This document shows positions 9,973 through 19,357 of a stretch of DNA of 64,000 nucleotides, piece by piece. Numbering within the stretch: the stretch's first letter is position 1; every line of letters starts with the position of its first letter. The position numbers and the translations under genes are program-made. The notes below the pieces were generated by a model. The model ran no database searches and had not been told where the DNA came from. It saw only the letters and a program-made list of their open reading frames with translations. The stretch is from a virus: positions 32,001 to 96,000 of IMG/VR virus record IMGVR_UViG_3300045988_084534; one strand, given 5' to 3'.

Positions 9973-11079
9973 TTGGCATTAACTATACCAACATTAAATC
10001 AGGTTGCCGCATTTGATGCGGGGTATCCGCAGACATTTACATTCAATGTTATTGGCGGCGACCAAGTAACGGGCAGTATATTGACCATTAAAACAAATGA
10101 TGCGGCGGCAACCACAGTTTCTACGATTGAAACCACGTCATTTGATTATATAGTAACATTGCCAGCGGGTAGATTGACCAATGGCACATATTATCAGGCA
10201 TATATTCAGACTAAGAACGCGGCGGGTGATACATCCGACCCGTCCAACATCATCCAGTTCTATTGCTATACAACGCCTGTCTTTGAGTTCGACCCAGCCG
10301 TTGTTACAGTAGGCAATTCTAGCGCGTCATTTAATGTGACATATGATCAGCTTCAGAAAGAGCCGCTTGTTCAATATAGATTCTATCTATATAATCAGGC
10401 TGGTATTAGAATTTCAGACAGTGGCGTGATTTACACAAATAGTACAGATGTGCCGTTTAGCGGCTCATATCTATTCACAGGATTTTCTAATAATACAACA
10501 TATCAGATTGAATGTGTGGGCGTTACATCTGGTAATACATCTATCACTACGGGGCGTTCTACATTTACTGTATCATATGAATCGCCATCTGTCTACTCAG
10601 ATTTTATAGTCACTAATAACTGCGAAGGCGGCTATATGACCATAACATCTAATGTTGTCGGCATTGATGGTACAGTATTCCCAGAGCCGCCAAAATATGT
10701 AGATGACCCATATTCAACACAGGTAGTTCCAAAGAAAGAGTTGGATGTTACAGATAGTGACTCATATGTCGTATGGGATACTGGATATATCGTTACGGAC
10801 AATTATGCTCTTGGTGCGTGGATTAGAAACCCCAATCCAAACAGTATGCTAATAGAGCTAAAGAATAATGACGGCGATATGGTGCAATTATGGTATATGA
10901 CTAATGATGAAAAATCATGGATGGAACTATATGTAACACCAAGCGGCGATTTATGGAAATATGAAATTAAGAGCGCAGAAATCGCCGCACCGTCACATGA
11001 TGAACAGCTATTTATCAAGCTGATATGTGAGAACAACCTATACGATATTAGTATAACTAATAGGGGGGCAGTGGTATGA
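9973..11079 (+). CDS. tail/baseplate structural protein (beta-rich, FN3/Ig-like repeats suspected)
   Basis: 368 aa. TTG start 8 nt after AAGGAGG. T/S/N/Y-rich beta-type composition. Located downstream of the TMP. Confidence 0.5.
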   Translation: MALTIPTLNQVAAFDAGYPQTFTFNVIGGDQVTGSILTIKTNDAAATTVSTIETTSFDYIVTLPAGRLTNGTYYQAYIQTKNAAGDTSDPSNIIQFYCYTTPVFEFDPAVVTVGNSSASFNVTYDQLQKEPLVQYRFYLYNQAGIRISDSGVIYTNSTDVPFSGSYLFTGFSNNTTYQIECVGVTSGNTSITTGRSTFTVSYESPSVYSDFIVTNNCEGGYMTITSNVVGIDGTVFPEPPKYVDDPYSTQVVPKKELDVTDSDSYVVWDTGYIVTDNYALGAWIRNPNPNSMLIELKNNDGDMVQLWYMTNDEKSWMELYVTPSGDLWKYEIKSAEIAAPSHDEQLFIKLICENNLYDISITNRGAVV

Positions 11080-11987
11080 TTGGTATTCTAGGATATAATT
11101 TTTGTCGTGATGAAGATTGCCTAAATCCATATCCTACTCATGCTAATACGGTGCAATTTACTAGAGCGAGCAATGCTGTTTATGGGCATCTTAATATCAC
11201 ATCGAATATAGCCAATCCATATCCTGACGAAAATCCACCAACAGCATGGGATTTTAATACCATCATCAATATTGATTTTGATGGGGATGTATCTGGCGGC
11301 TCGTCTGAAGGCGTAGAGGATATTATTGCTGTAAGAATCAAGCGGCGCATTCATGGTGAATTTGATTGGATGACAATTAAGGAATTTACAATCACCAGTT
11401 CAGACCAGCTCAAATTTACCACTACAGATAATCTTGGGCTGAATTTCACCACATATGATTATGCTTTTGTTCCCGTTACGAATCAGGGTGAGGGCAATTA
11501 TATTATTGCTGAAAGCAAGCTGTCAGAATTTGATGGTGTATTCATTTGTGACCAAGAGACCATCCATAAATTTGAGGCGGGTGTTGAATATGGCACTAAT
11601 GATTATGTCCAGAAAATCGGCACGTTTGAGCCATATGGCAGGCAATATCCAGTTGTTATTAGTAATGGTCTAATCAATTATCAGACTGGTTCATTGACTG
11701 GCACAATTCTACCAGTTGATTATACATCCAATGGTAGGCTCAATCGCCAAGAAATGGTTGAAATTAAAAAGACGCTGGCGGCATTCATGACCAATAAGAA
11801 GCCAAAAATCATCAAGGATTTTAATGGCAACGCATGGCTCATTTATATTATTGATAATGTGTCTATTGATTACAAGAACAATTGGGGAATGGGCATTGCC
11901 GACATTACAGCCACATGGATTGAAACGGGTGATGTAAATAACAAGAGCGACCTGTATAAAAACGGATTAATTCCAACGGAGGTATAA
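11076..11987 (+). CDS. tail/baseplate structural protein
   Basis: 303 aa. Start overlaps the previous stop (ATGA). Called by position in the tail module only. Confidence 0.5.
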   Translation: MIGILGYNFCRDEDCLNPYPTHANTVQFTRASNAVYGHLNITSNIANPYPDENPPTAWDFNTIINIDFDGDVSGGSSEGVEDIIAVRIKRRIHGEFDWMTIKEFTITSSDQLKFTTTDNLGLNFTTYDYAFVPVTNQGEGNYIIAESKLSEFDGVFICDQETIHKFEAGVEYGTNDYVQKIGTFEPYGRQYPVVISNGLINYQTGSLTGTILPVDYTSNGRLNRQEMVEIKKTLAAFMTNKKPKIIKDFNGNAWLIYIIDNVSIDYKNNWGMGIADITATWIETGDVNNKSDLYKNGLIPTEV

Positions 11988-11988
11988 T

Positions 11989-13443
11989 ATGGCATATAAT
12001 GTTGTAACCTCTGATTTAGATATTATCCGGCAACAGAGCATCAAGAAAATAATTCGGCTATATATACTAGATTTTAACTATGCTCGTGTTGCTGAAATCA
12101 GCGGTAATATGTTGGCTATGAATGTATCTATTGATTCAGAGTCAGATTTGCGCCGTAGCTGTAGCATTGAGCTTGTAGTAGTAGATGATTCATATAATGT
12201 AGCCGCTGGTGGACGTATATGGTTAGACAAATATATCCAACCATATATTGGCTATGAGAACATTCATACTGGTGAAGTACAGTGGTATAATCAGGGCATA
12301 TATTTAATCAATGCTCCAAGCTGGCAATATGACGCTGAAACAAAGGTGCTCTCTTTTGCTGGGCTTGATTTGATGAGCAAATTGACGGGTTTGCGCAATG
12401 GGCAGCTAGAGGGCTTGACATATAGTATCCCAGCAGGACAAAATGTGCGCAATGTTATCATTGACACGATTAAATTGGCTGGATTCAATAATTATATTGT
12501 ATCAGAATGTAGAAGCAAGAACGGCGCAATCGTGCTTACTCCATATAATATAGAAATATCGGCAGGCGGCACAGTATATGATATTTTGAGCGAATTGCGC
12601 GACATTATGCCCAATTATGAGATATTCTTTGATGTTGACGGCGTGTTTATTTATCAACCAATTCCAACTGGACAGAATGTTCCTGTTAAAATTGATGACA
12701 CAATGTTAAAAAATGTGCTGCTCAATGAAGCCGTAGATACAGATTTTGAGACAGTTAAGAACTATATTGAGGTATATGGGCAAACATATGACCCCGATTA
12801 TTATTCGGCTACGACCACATATTCAGGCGGCGTATTGAATCTAACCGTGTCCAGCTTGTCTACAGCAGCGGCTAGTGTTCCAAATGGTATATTGATTGGA
12901 TTTACAGCGCCACAAGATATTAACGGCGCAATCAATGTTAAATTAAACAATCTGACATCTGCAATGCCGCTAATTGACCAATATGGTGAATCGACATATA
13001 GTCTTGTATCAGGTGGCTATTACATTATCCAATGGAATTATACAGATGCGTCAACATCGCCATACTATTATATTGGCAAGCAACAAATCAGCGCCATAGC
13101 AAAAGACGATAATCCAGATAGCCCATTTTATATTAGTGGTTCAGTCGGCATGATTAGAGAGGTACTGTCTGGAGGCGAATATGATAATATTATCACAGAT
13201 TCATTAGCCCAGCAACAGGCAGATTATTCTTTGTGGCAAAAGACCCGATTACAGGATTCTATTGCATTAAGCATTACGCCTGTACCATGGCTTGATGTCA
13301 ATGATATTATCGGGCATAAGGCTGTTGGCGCATCAGAAGCAAAAAAATATATAGTGAAAAACATATCAACGGATTATGGGCAGGTCGATGGTATGCAGAC
13401 AATCACGGCTATTACCTATTATCCGTTATATCCAGATATTTAA
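11989..13443 (+). CDS. tail-tip/baseplate protein (prophage-tail/Tal-like N-terminal region suspected)
   Basis: 484 aa. The N-terminal pattern 'RSCSIELVVVDD...IQPYIGY...QGIYLINAPSWQYDAETKVLSFAGLDLMSKL' resembles tail-associated (Tal/prophage-tail) proteins. This rests on recollection, not on a search. Confidence 0.45.
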   Translation: MAYNVVTSDLDIIRQQSIKKIIRLYILDFNYARVAEISGNMLAMNVSIDSESDLRRSCSIELVVVDDSYNVAAGGRIWLDKYIQPYIGYENIHTGEVQWYNQGIYLINAPSWQYDAETKVLSFAGLDLMSKLTGLRNGQLEGLTYSIPAGQNVRNVIIDTIKLAGFNNYIVSECRSKNGAIVLTPYNIEISAGGTVYDILSELRDIMPNYEIFFDVDGVFIYQPIPTGQNVPVKIDDTMLKNVLLNEAVDTDFETVKNYIEVYGQTYDPDYYSATTTYSGGVLNLTVSSLSTAAASVPNGILIGFTAPQDINGAINVKLNNLTSAMPLIDQYGESTYSLVSGGYYIIQWNYTDASTSPYYYIGKQQISAIAKDDNPDSPFYISGSVGMIREVLSGGEYDNIITDSLAQQQADYSLWQKTRLQDSIALSITPVPWLDVNDIIGHKAVGASEAKKYIVKNISTDYGQVDGMQTITAITYYPLYPDI

Positions 13444-13459
13444 TAAGGAGGGAATATAA

Positions 13460-13786
13460 GTGAGTACGGTTTTCCCCTCGGAAATTCAAACTTTTCCAAC
13501 AATGCAAGATATGAGCGCCAGTGATGCCGCGCTGGTTAAGCAATATCAAGAGTTAATGAAGCAAGGCAGAATCAATTCTGCTAGAGATGTATTGGCGCAA
13601 ATCAGCAATTATCAGAATAAGCTAGTGACCGCAGAATTACTCAATACAATGAACGATACCATTGTGGCGCTAGAAGGATATTATACAACGAGATTTAGCC
13701 CAGCATATGTTGTATCTGCCACACAGCCAGCTAAACAGGATGTCGGTGATTTCTGGTTTAAGGTCAATAAGGAGACAAGTGTCTGA
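13460..13786 (+). CDS. hypothetical tail-module protein
   Basis: 108 aa. GTG start after AAGGAGGG. Confidence 0.5.
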   Translation: MSTVFPSEIQTFPTMQDMSASDAALVKQYQELMKQGRINSARDVLAQISNYQNKLVTAELLNTMNDTIVALEGYYTTRFSPAYVVSATQPAKQDVGDFWFKVNKETSV

Positions 13787-14094
13787 TGAAATATCAAGAT
13801 ATACATAGAAGTGATGCGGCAATTTGGGCACAATATAAACAATATATTGACGAAGGAAAATATACTGAGGCTGCTAGTTTGATTGATGGGCTTGATGATA
13901 AGGCGCTCATTGCTAATGTATTTAATTACATGACAGGGCAAGATGGCGATTATAGTAAACCCAATCTCAAGACGCTACAAGAGCACCAAAGTAGCACATT
14001 CAAGCAAGACAGGATTCAAGTTGCTACTGAGCCGCCAGCCAATATGAAAGCAGGGGATGTATATTTTCATTTCGACAGAGAAATAAGAGGGTGA
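13786..14094 (+). CDS. hypothetical tail-module protein
   Basis: 102 aa. ATGA start/stop overlap with the previous gene. Its C-terminus ('AGDVYFHF') resembles the previous protein's ('VGDFWFKV'). Confidence 0.5.
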   Translation: MKYQDIHRSDAAIWAQYKQYIDEGKYTEAASLIDGLDDKALIANVFNYMTGQDGDYSKPNLKTLQEHQSSTFKQDRIQVATEPPANMKAGDVYFHFDREIRG

Positions 14095-14098
14095 ATAT

Positions 14099-14407
14099 AT
14101 GGCGACAACAAAACAAATTACAATGACAGAATATAATGGCACGGATTATGACGTGATATTGCCAAAATCTGTATATACAGTGACTGGCACGTTATTAGGT
14201 ACGGGATGGTCGAACAATCAGCAAACAATCAATATCCCGCAGGTTATGGCTGATAGTGCAGTTATCGTATCCTCTACACCTGCTGATGCTGACAAGTATA
14301 CCAATTCTGGCATTCTATGCACGGCTCAGGGTGATGGTACATTGACATTTACAAGAAAGAGGGCGGCAACATCCGCCAATATTGGAGTTAATATTTTCAT
14401 TCTTTAA
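14099..14407 (+). CDS. hypothetical tail-module protein
   Basis: 102-aa ORF, tightly packed. Confidence 0.5.
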   Translation: MATTKQITMTEYNGTDYDVILPKSVYTVTGTLLGTGWSNNQQTINIPQVMADSAVIVSSTPADADKYTNSGILCTAQGDGTLTFTRKRAATSANIGVNIFIL

Positions 14408-14422
14408 TAAGGAGGCGATGTC

Positions 14423-15298
14423 ATGTTAATGAATGTTCGCCCATCTTATCCAGAATTAGAGTATATCAATATTATTGACATCACGCCAGAAGATAGAACA
14501 TTTACAAGTGATATAGGTATAAGAAGCGTAAGTACATGGGGGCCTCTATATTATGAGGGTGAAGCATATCCACAAAAAGATACAGCGACATATTATCCGA
14601 GCGGACACACACCTCCGGGATATATAAGGTATGGTTTCAGAAATTTTACTGTTCATCCAATATCACAAGCCGAATTAACTGTTGCTGGCACTGAATCAGA
14701 GCAGACATTTCAGCCAAGCAACAATGATGCTTTCTTATATAACAAAGTGACCGTTACTCCAAATCTATTACAGTCAAAACCACCAGTTACGCCATCTGCG
14801 ACATCTCAACCTGTTACACCAGATAGTGGATATTATGCGTTGAATAGTGTTACCGTTAAGGGCTTGCCACTTGAAACAAAGAATGTTCCAAGCATTACGC
14901 AAAACGACCAAGTTTTTACGCCATCTAGCGGATATTATGGCTTTAAGCAAATCAATGTTCCAGCTAGTACCACATTGAAGATGTTGACCGTTACGCGCAA
15001 TAGACCAGATAATATTCCAAATACTGTGGGATTTTCAACGATATATACAATATCTATTTTGACCACTAATAGCATGGGATATACAGAGTATCAGAACGGA
15101 GTAAATATGATAACGGGCAGTTCTAGTCTAGGTGGTGTGGCAACAATTATTTGGGGTTATGGTGGAGATAGTATGCTTCAACAAGTGGTCAATTTCAATG
15201 AATTGGTAACTGTGACTAGTTCAACTATCAACATAAATATAAGTCAATTTGATCTTCGGTTCTCTGGCGAATATCAAGTGTTTATAACGGGGGCGTAA
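14423..15298 (+). CDS. fibre/receptor-binding-module protein with 'TP-SGYYG-x-VTV' repeats
   Basis: 291 aa. Repeats include 'VTPDSGYYALNSVTVKG' and 'FTPSSGYYGFKQINVPA'. Paralogous to 15301-16182 and 18577-19335. Confidence 0.55.
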   Translation: MLMNVRPSYPELEYINIIDITPEDRTFTSDIGIRSVSTWGPLYYEGEAYPQKDTATYYPSGHTPPGYIRYGFRNFTVHPISQAELTVAGTESEQTFQPSNNDAFLYNKVTVTPNLLQSKPPVTPSATSQPVTPDSGYYALNSVTVKGLPLETKNVPSITQNDQVFTPSSGYYGFKQINVPASTTLKMLTVTRNRPDNIPNTVGFSTIYTISILTTNSMGYTEYQNGVNMITGSSSLGGVATIIWGYGGDSMLQQVVNFNELVTVTSSTININISQFDLRFSGEYQVFITGA

Positions 15299-15300
15299 AT

Positions 15301-16182
15301 ATGATTATTAACAAAAGCCCCAAGGAACTGCTTGGGTTACAAGAGAAAACAATGGAATATGGTGAACATATAACCCCAGATGCAGGTTATATGGGTTTTA
15401 GCAAGGTCACTATCAAAGGAATAACAAAGAGCGACGAATATGTTACGCCGGGAACGACTGAAATCGTGCTAACTACGCCAAGTGGCGGCGCAGATACGAT
15501 TGGCAGTGTGACAGTAAATGGAGTAAAGACGGATACGCTTACTGTATCCCCTAGTCAACAGACACAGGAATTTACGCCAACAGCGCCGTCATCAGGATAT
15601 GATAAGGTGGTTGTTAAAGCTGCTCCAAAATCTATTCTATTTGCCAATCCACAAGAATCCGATGTAACATACACAAAGAATGTCGGCGATTATGGTATTG
15701 GCAGCTTGCTTGTAAAATCTGCGGCGCTACAAGAGAGGACGATATATCCTTCAACATCACCGCAGACCATTAAGCCGGAATCTGGATATTATGGTATTAG
15801 CAAAGTGACTATCAAAGGCGGCACGACCTTAAAAAGCTATGAAAGGATATATCGTGGAGCTGGCGATTATTCTTATTGGGATGCTAATGTACCAATAAAT
15901 GAATTTATAGCAAATCCTACTTGTATTATAGTGTATGCTATCAACGATATGGACGCAGAGGGTGATGTCTATAATCTATTTTCATTAACGGCATATCAAT
16001 CCAATGGACGAATGTATGTAGATGATGGATATATGAGAACAAGGACTGCAAGCATTGCTGATATGTCATATACAACGATTGGCAATAATAGGATGGGCTT
16101 TAATCTGCCTATATATAATAGTAATGATAGAGCGCTATATAAATCTGGGATGTTTTATTTCATTGGTATTTATGGTACATAA
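15301..16182 (+). CDS. fibre/receptor-binding-module protein with 'TP-SGYYG-x-VTV' repeats
   Basis: 293 aa. Repeats include 'ITPDAGYMGFSKVTIKG', 'PSSGYDKVVVKA' and 'IKPESGYYGISKVTIKG'. Confidence 0.55.
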   Translation: MIINKSPKELLGLQEKTMEYGEHITPDAGYMGFSKVTIKGITKSDEYVTPGTTEIVLTTPSGGADTIGSVTVNGVKTDTLTVSPSQQTQEFTPTAPSSGYDKVVVKAAPKSILFANPQESDVTYTKNVGDYGIGSLLVKSAALQERTIYPSTSPQTIKPESGYYGISKVTIKGGTTLKSYERIYRGAGDYSYWDANVPINEFIANPTCIIVYAINDMDAEGDVYNLFSLTAYQSNGRMYVDDGYMRTRTASIADMSYTTIGNNRMGFNLPIYNSNDRALYKSGMFYFIGIYGT

Positions 16183-16203
16183 AAGGATAAGGAGGGAAAA
16201 TAC

Positions 16204-16406
16204 ATGACAAATATTGAATTGGCAAAAAAGCACGAAGATGTAGCTAAGAAATATAAGACAGTATATATGTGGGGCTGTTTTGGTCATCCAGTGACCGAGG
16301 CGATTATCAGAGAAAAGGCGGCGCAATATCCTAGTTGGTATACAGCGGCAAAGCAGAGAGAACTAAGAAAGCTGGTCGGCAAGGGATATTTTGCATTTGA
16401 CTGTGT
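16204..16406 (+). CDS. NlpC/P60-like cysteine-peptidase lysin, exon 1 (3' boundary provisional)
   Basis: '...VYMWGCFGHPVT...GKGYFAFDCV' contains the candidate catalytic Cys. The frame stops 28 nt later, while the rest of the domain lies at 18.06-18.56 kb. The best P1 is UGUGU/GCGCA. Confidence 0.5.
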
Positions 16407-18084
16407 AAATCTCACTGACTTTAGTGCGCAATAATAGTAATGTTATTGTGTGTTTATTTGAATTGCTGGAAACCCCTTAGAGACATATCAACCACAACGT
16501 AGCTATGAAATATGGGCAAGCGTGATGGTTTGAAAATGATATAGATTGGGCAATCAGCAGCGAAGCTCCGAATAGGAGAACGTTCAACGACTATCCTGTT
16601 AGAGGGAGTACAACGCAAACGATTGGCGTTGGAAGCGGATAAGACCCTATTATATAGGGTGATGATATAGTCTCATCTCATATGAAAGTATGAGGAAAAT
16701 TGTTTGAGTTCACTTATAATACTATAAAAGCAAGGAGGTGGGTATGTGGACAAAAACAGACAACATTACAAGATGTCATTGCTTAAATGGTGTGAATCGA
16801 ATAATAGTAATTTGGTTTACGAATGGGATGAAGCAAATGAAATGGCTATGAACGAGATTGGGTCAAGTAGTGGAATAAAAGTGAAATGGATATGCTCTAG
16901 GTGTGGTTTTCATTTTGAGCAAAGACCTTCAGATAGGGTGAGGGGGCATGGTTGTCCAAAGTGTGCTAGAAAATCTCATTCAAGCGTCCCCGAAACGATA
17001 TGTTATTTGGCTATCAAGCAGTATTTTTCAGATGCGATACATGGATATAAAACCGATTGGCTTGGACGTAAAGAATTGGACATCTTTATCCCATCTATTA
17101 GTGTTGGCATTGAATATGATGGAAATTCTTGGCATAATAAATCCAGAAAACGAACAGATAATGACAAGACGTGGCTATGCGCCCAGCATAATATCTTGAT
17201 CTATCGTATAAGAGAAAACGGATGCGAACCAATGGACGACGAGTCAAATAATATTTATTACAAGCCAAGCAAACAATACAATGCTCTTAAGTATTCTATT
17301 ATAGATGTACTAATGAGGCTTGGACATAATAATGTTGCTTTTGATGACTGGGAGTCGCTTATTAATAAGTCTAAATGTGAATTTTCCAGTATTGAAAGAA
17401 GTAAATCTATTGGTGTAATAAATCCAGAATTTAGTGCAAAATGGGATTACGACAAAAATTATCCTTTAACGCCATATGATATATTGGCTCATTCCAATCA
17501 TAAAGTATGGTTAAGATGTGATAAAGGACATTTGTATAAAAGAGCGCCAAACTATTCAAATCAAAAAGAATGCCCCATATGTATAAATAAAATTGTGCTT
17601 GAGGGCTATAATGATTTGGCAACAATAAGACCAGATTTGGCGTTGGATTGGAATTATGATAGAAATGGCGAATTAAAGCCAACGGAAATAACGTTCGGTT
17701 CTAATCGACGTATTTGGTGGAAATGCCATGCTTGCGGAAACGAATTTCAATCATCTCCAAATGCTAGAAAAGATAATATGGGACATTGTTCAAAATGTGT
17801 GTTCACCAATGGCAATGAAACATTATCAAAAAACAAAGCGGTTAATAATAGTCTTGCTGAGTTTTATCCAGAAATCGCAAAAGAATGGGATTATAACAAT
17901 AATGAAAGAACGCCAGACAATGTTGCAAGGATGTCTGGATTGGAAGCGTGGTGGATTTGTTCAAACGGTCATTCTTGGAAGGCTAGTGTTCATAGTCGAA
18001 CGCATGATGGGAAAAAGTGTCCATATTGTAAACAAACTCAAACAATAAACTGCTAGGCGTAGTGAACCTAGTTGAAAGAAAATG
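16407..18084 (+). mobile_element. group I intron in the lysin gene carrying a Vsr-like/DUF4379-type endonuclease ORF (ends +/- ~20 nt)
   Basis: The core is near-identical to TMP intron 1: 'gaattgctggaaaccccttagag' (16460-), 'gattgggcaatcagcagc' (16544-), 'gttcaacgactatcc' (16582-), 'gatgatatagtct' (~16663). A 12-bp stem (16699-16710 with 18035-18046) closes the ORF loop. Ends in G (..GAAAAUG). P10 is CUUUA/UAAAG. Confidence 0.65.
16746..18056 (+). CDS. intron-encoded homing endonuclease, PD-(D/E)XK Vsr-like domain plus four zinc-ribbon (DUF4379-like) modules
   Basis: 436 aa. GTG start after AAGGAGGTGGG. Nuclease motif 'ELDIFIPSISVGIEYDGNSWHN'. Repeats 'W(D/N)Y..N....P..I...S...(V/I)WW.C..GH.(W/F)......R.....CP.C'. 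Confidence 0.65.
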   Translation: MDKNRQHYKMSLLKWCESNNSNLVYEWDEANEMAMNEIGSSSGIKVKWICSRCGFHFEQRPSDRVRGHGCPKCARKSHSSVPETICYLAIKQYFSDAIHGYKTDWLGRKELDIFIPSISVGIEYDGNSWHNKSRKRTDNDKTWLCAQHNILIYRIRENGCEPMDDESNNIYYKPSKQYNALKYSIIDVLMRLGHNNVAFDDWESLINKSKCEFSSIERSKSIGVINPEFSAKWDYDKNYPLTPYDILAHSNHKVWLRCDKGHLYKRAPNYSNQKECPICINKIVLEGYNDLATIRPDLALDWNYDRNGELKPTEITFGSNRRIWWKCHACGNEFQSSPNARKDNMGHCSKCVFTNGNETLSKNKAVNNSLAEFYPEIAKEWDYNNNERTPDNVARMSGLEAWWICSNGHSWKASVHSRTHDGKKCPYCKQTQTINC

Positions 18085-18565
18085 TAAAGGAATTTTATGG
18101 GGCTGGAATGGTAATGCTAGGTCATATACAGGCGGCGCAAGATATGCTAGTAATGGCGTACCAGATGTTAGCGCAGATGGCATGATTGGCAAATGTAAGA
18201 ATGTATCAACCACTGGCTGGGATAAGCTGGAAATTGGCGAAGGGCTATGGATGCCCGGACACTGGGGTCTATATATTGGCAATGGTCTAGCAGTAGAATG
18301 CACGCCTATTTGGAAGAATGGTGTGCAAATCACGGCTGTTGGCAACATTGGTAATAAAGCAGGATATAATAGCCGCAAATGGACTAAACATGGAAAATTA
18401 CCATATATTACCTATGTTCAGCCAGAGCCAGATACAGATGATAAGCATGAGGCGAATAAAGCCAAAGTAAAGGCGCGATTCGGCTTTACAGACAGCACTA
18501 TTAAATGGCTTGATTCTTATAAATATAATAAAGACATCATGGACAAGCTGGCTAATAAAGGCTAA
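18085..18565 (+). CDS. NlpC/P60-like cysteine-peptidase lysin, exon 2 (5' boundary provisional)
   Basis: 'KGILWGWNGNARSYTGGARYASNGVPDVSADGMI...GLWMPGHWGLYIGNGLAVECTP' contains the His-containing half of an NlpC/P60-type fold. The frame is compatible with exon 1 (GU+U gives Val). Confidence 0.5.
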
Positions 18566-18576
18566 GAGGTGAATCT

Positions 18577-19335
18577 ATGATTATCAATGCAAATCAAGGT
18601 GGTGGCGGTAATCTACAAGAAAAGACCGCCACCCCATCTACTGCACAACAGATTATTACCCCAGATAGTCAATATGATGGCTTGAGCAAGGTGACTATTG
18701 CGCCTACGCCGCTAGAGGAAAAAACCGTAAAATCATCAACAGCGCAACAGACAATCACACCAACATCGCCTAATATCGGATTTAGTAGTATTACTGTCGA
18801 GCCTAATCTATTACAAACAAAATCTGTGACATTGCCTACTAGCCAGCCGATTCAACCAGATACTGGATATTATGGATTATCGGGAGTCAATGTATTAGCG
18901 CCACTATATCCATTAAACGTAACACCCACATCAACACAGCAAACATTTAATGTTCCTAGTGGATATTATGGGCATGGTACTGTTACTGTTGGAGCAGCAC
19001 CGCAGAATACGGGTTGGTATAAATATTTAACTCTGACAAACACAACCTCTTTATCTATATCGAATCCGGGAATTGATGAAATTCTTATCTGTATGATAAT
19101 GTCACAAGGAACAAATTTACAATATAACTATATTAAAAGTCTACAAATTGTCGGAGACCAATTCTGGAAGGGAGTTTCTGGCAGTGGAGAATTTATTAAC
19201 AGTTCGGATTTTTCTGGTGGTAGTATTTCTATCAATAGTTCAACAATTTCTATTATATTACCACAATATAACGGCACACAATTATATTTTAATGACTCAT
19301 ATTGTATAACATTTAGCGGAACTAAGATACCATAA
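18577..19335 (+). CDS. fibre/receptor-binding-module protein with 'TP-SGYYG-x-VTV' repeats
   Basis: 252 aa. Repeats include 'ITPDSQYDGLSKVTIAP', 'ITPTSPNIGFSSITVEP', 'IQPDTGYYGLSGVNV' and 'NVPSGYYGHGTVTV'. Confidence 0.55.
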   Translation: MIINANQGGGGNLQEKTATPSTAQQIITPDSQYDGLSKVTIAPTPLEEKTVKSSTAQQTITPTSPNIGFSSITVEPNLLQTKSVTLPTSQPIQPDTGYYGLSGVNVLAPLYPLNVTPTSTQQTFNVPSGYYGHGTVTVGAAPQNTGWYKYLTLTNTTSLSISNPGIDEILICMIMSQGTNLQYNYIKSLQIVGDQFWKGVSGSGEFINSSDFSGGSISINSSTISIILPQYNGTQLYFNDSYCITFSGTKIP

Positions 19336-19357
19336 TTGATAAAGGAGGTCGGTAGAG

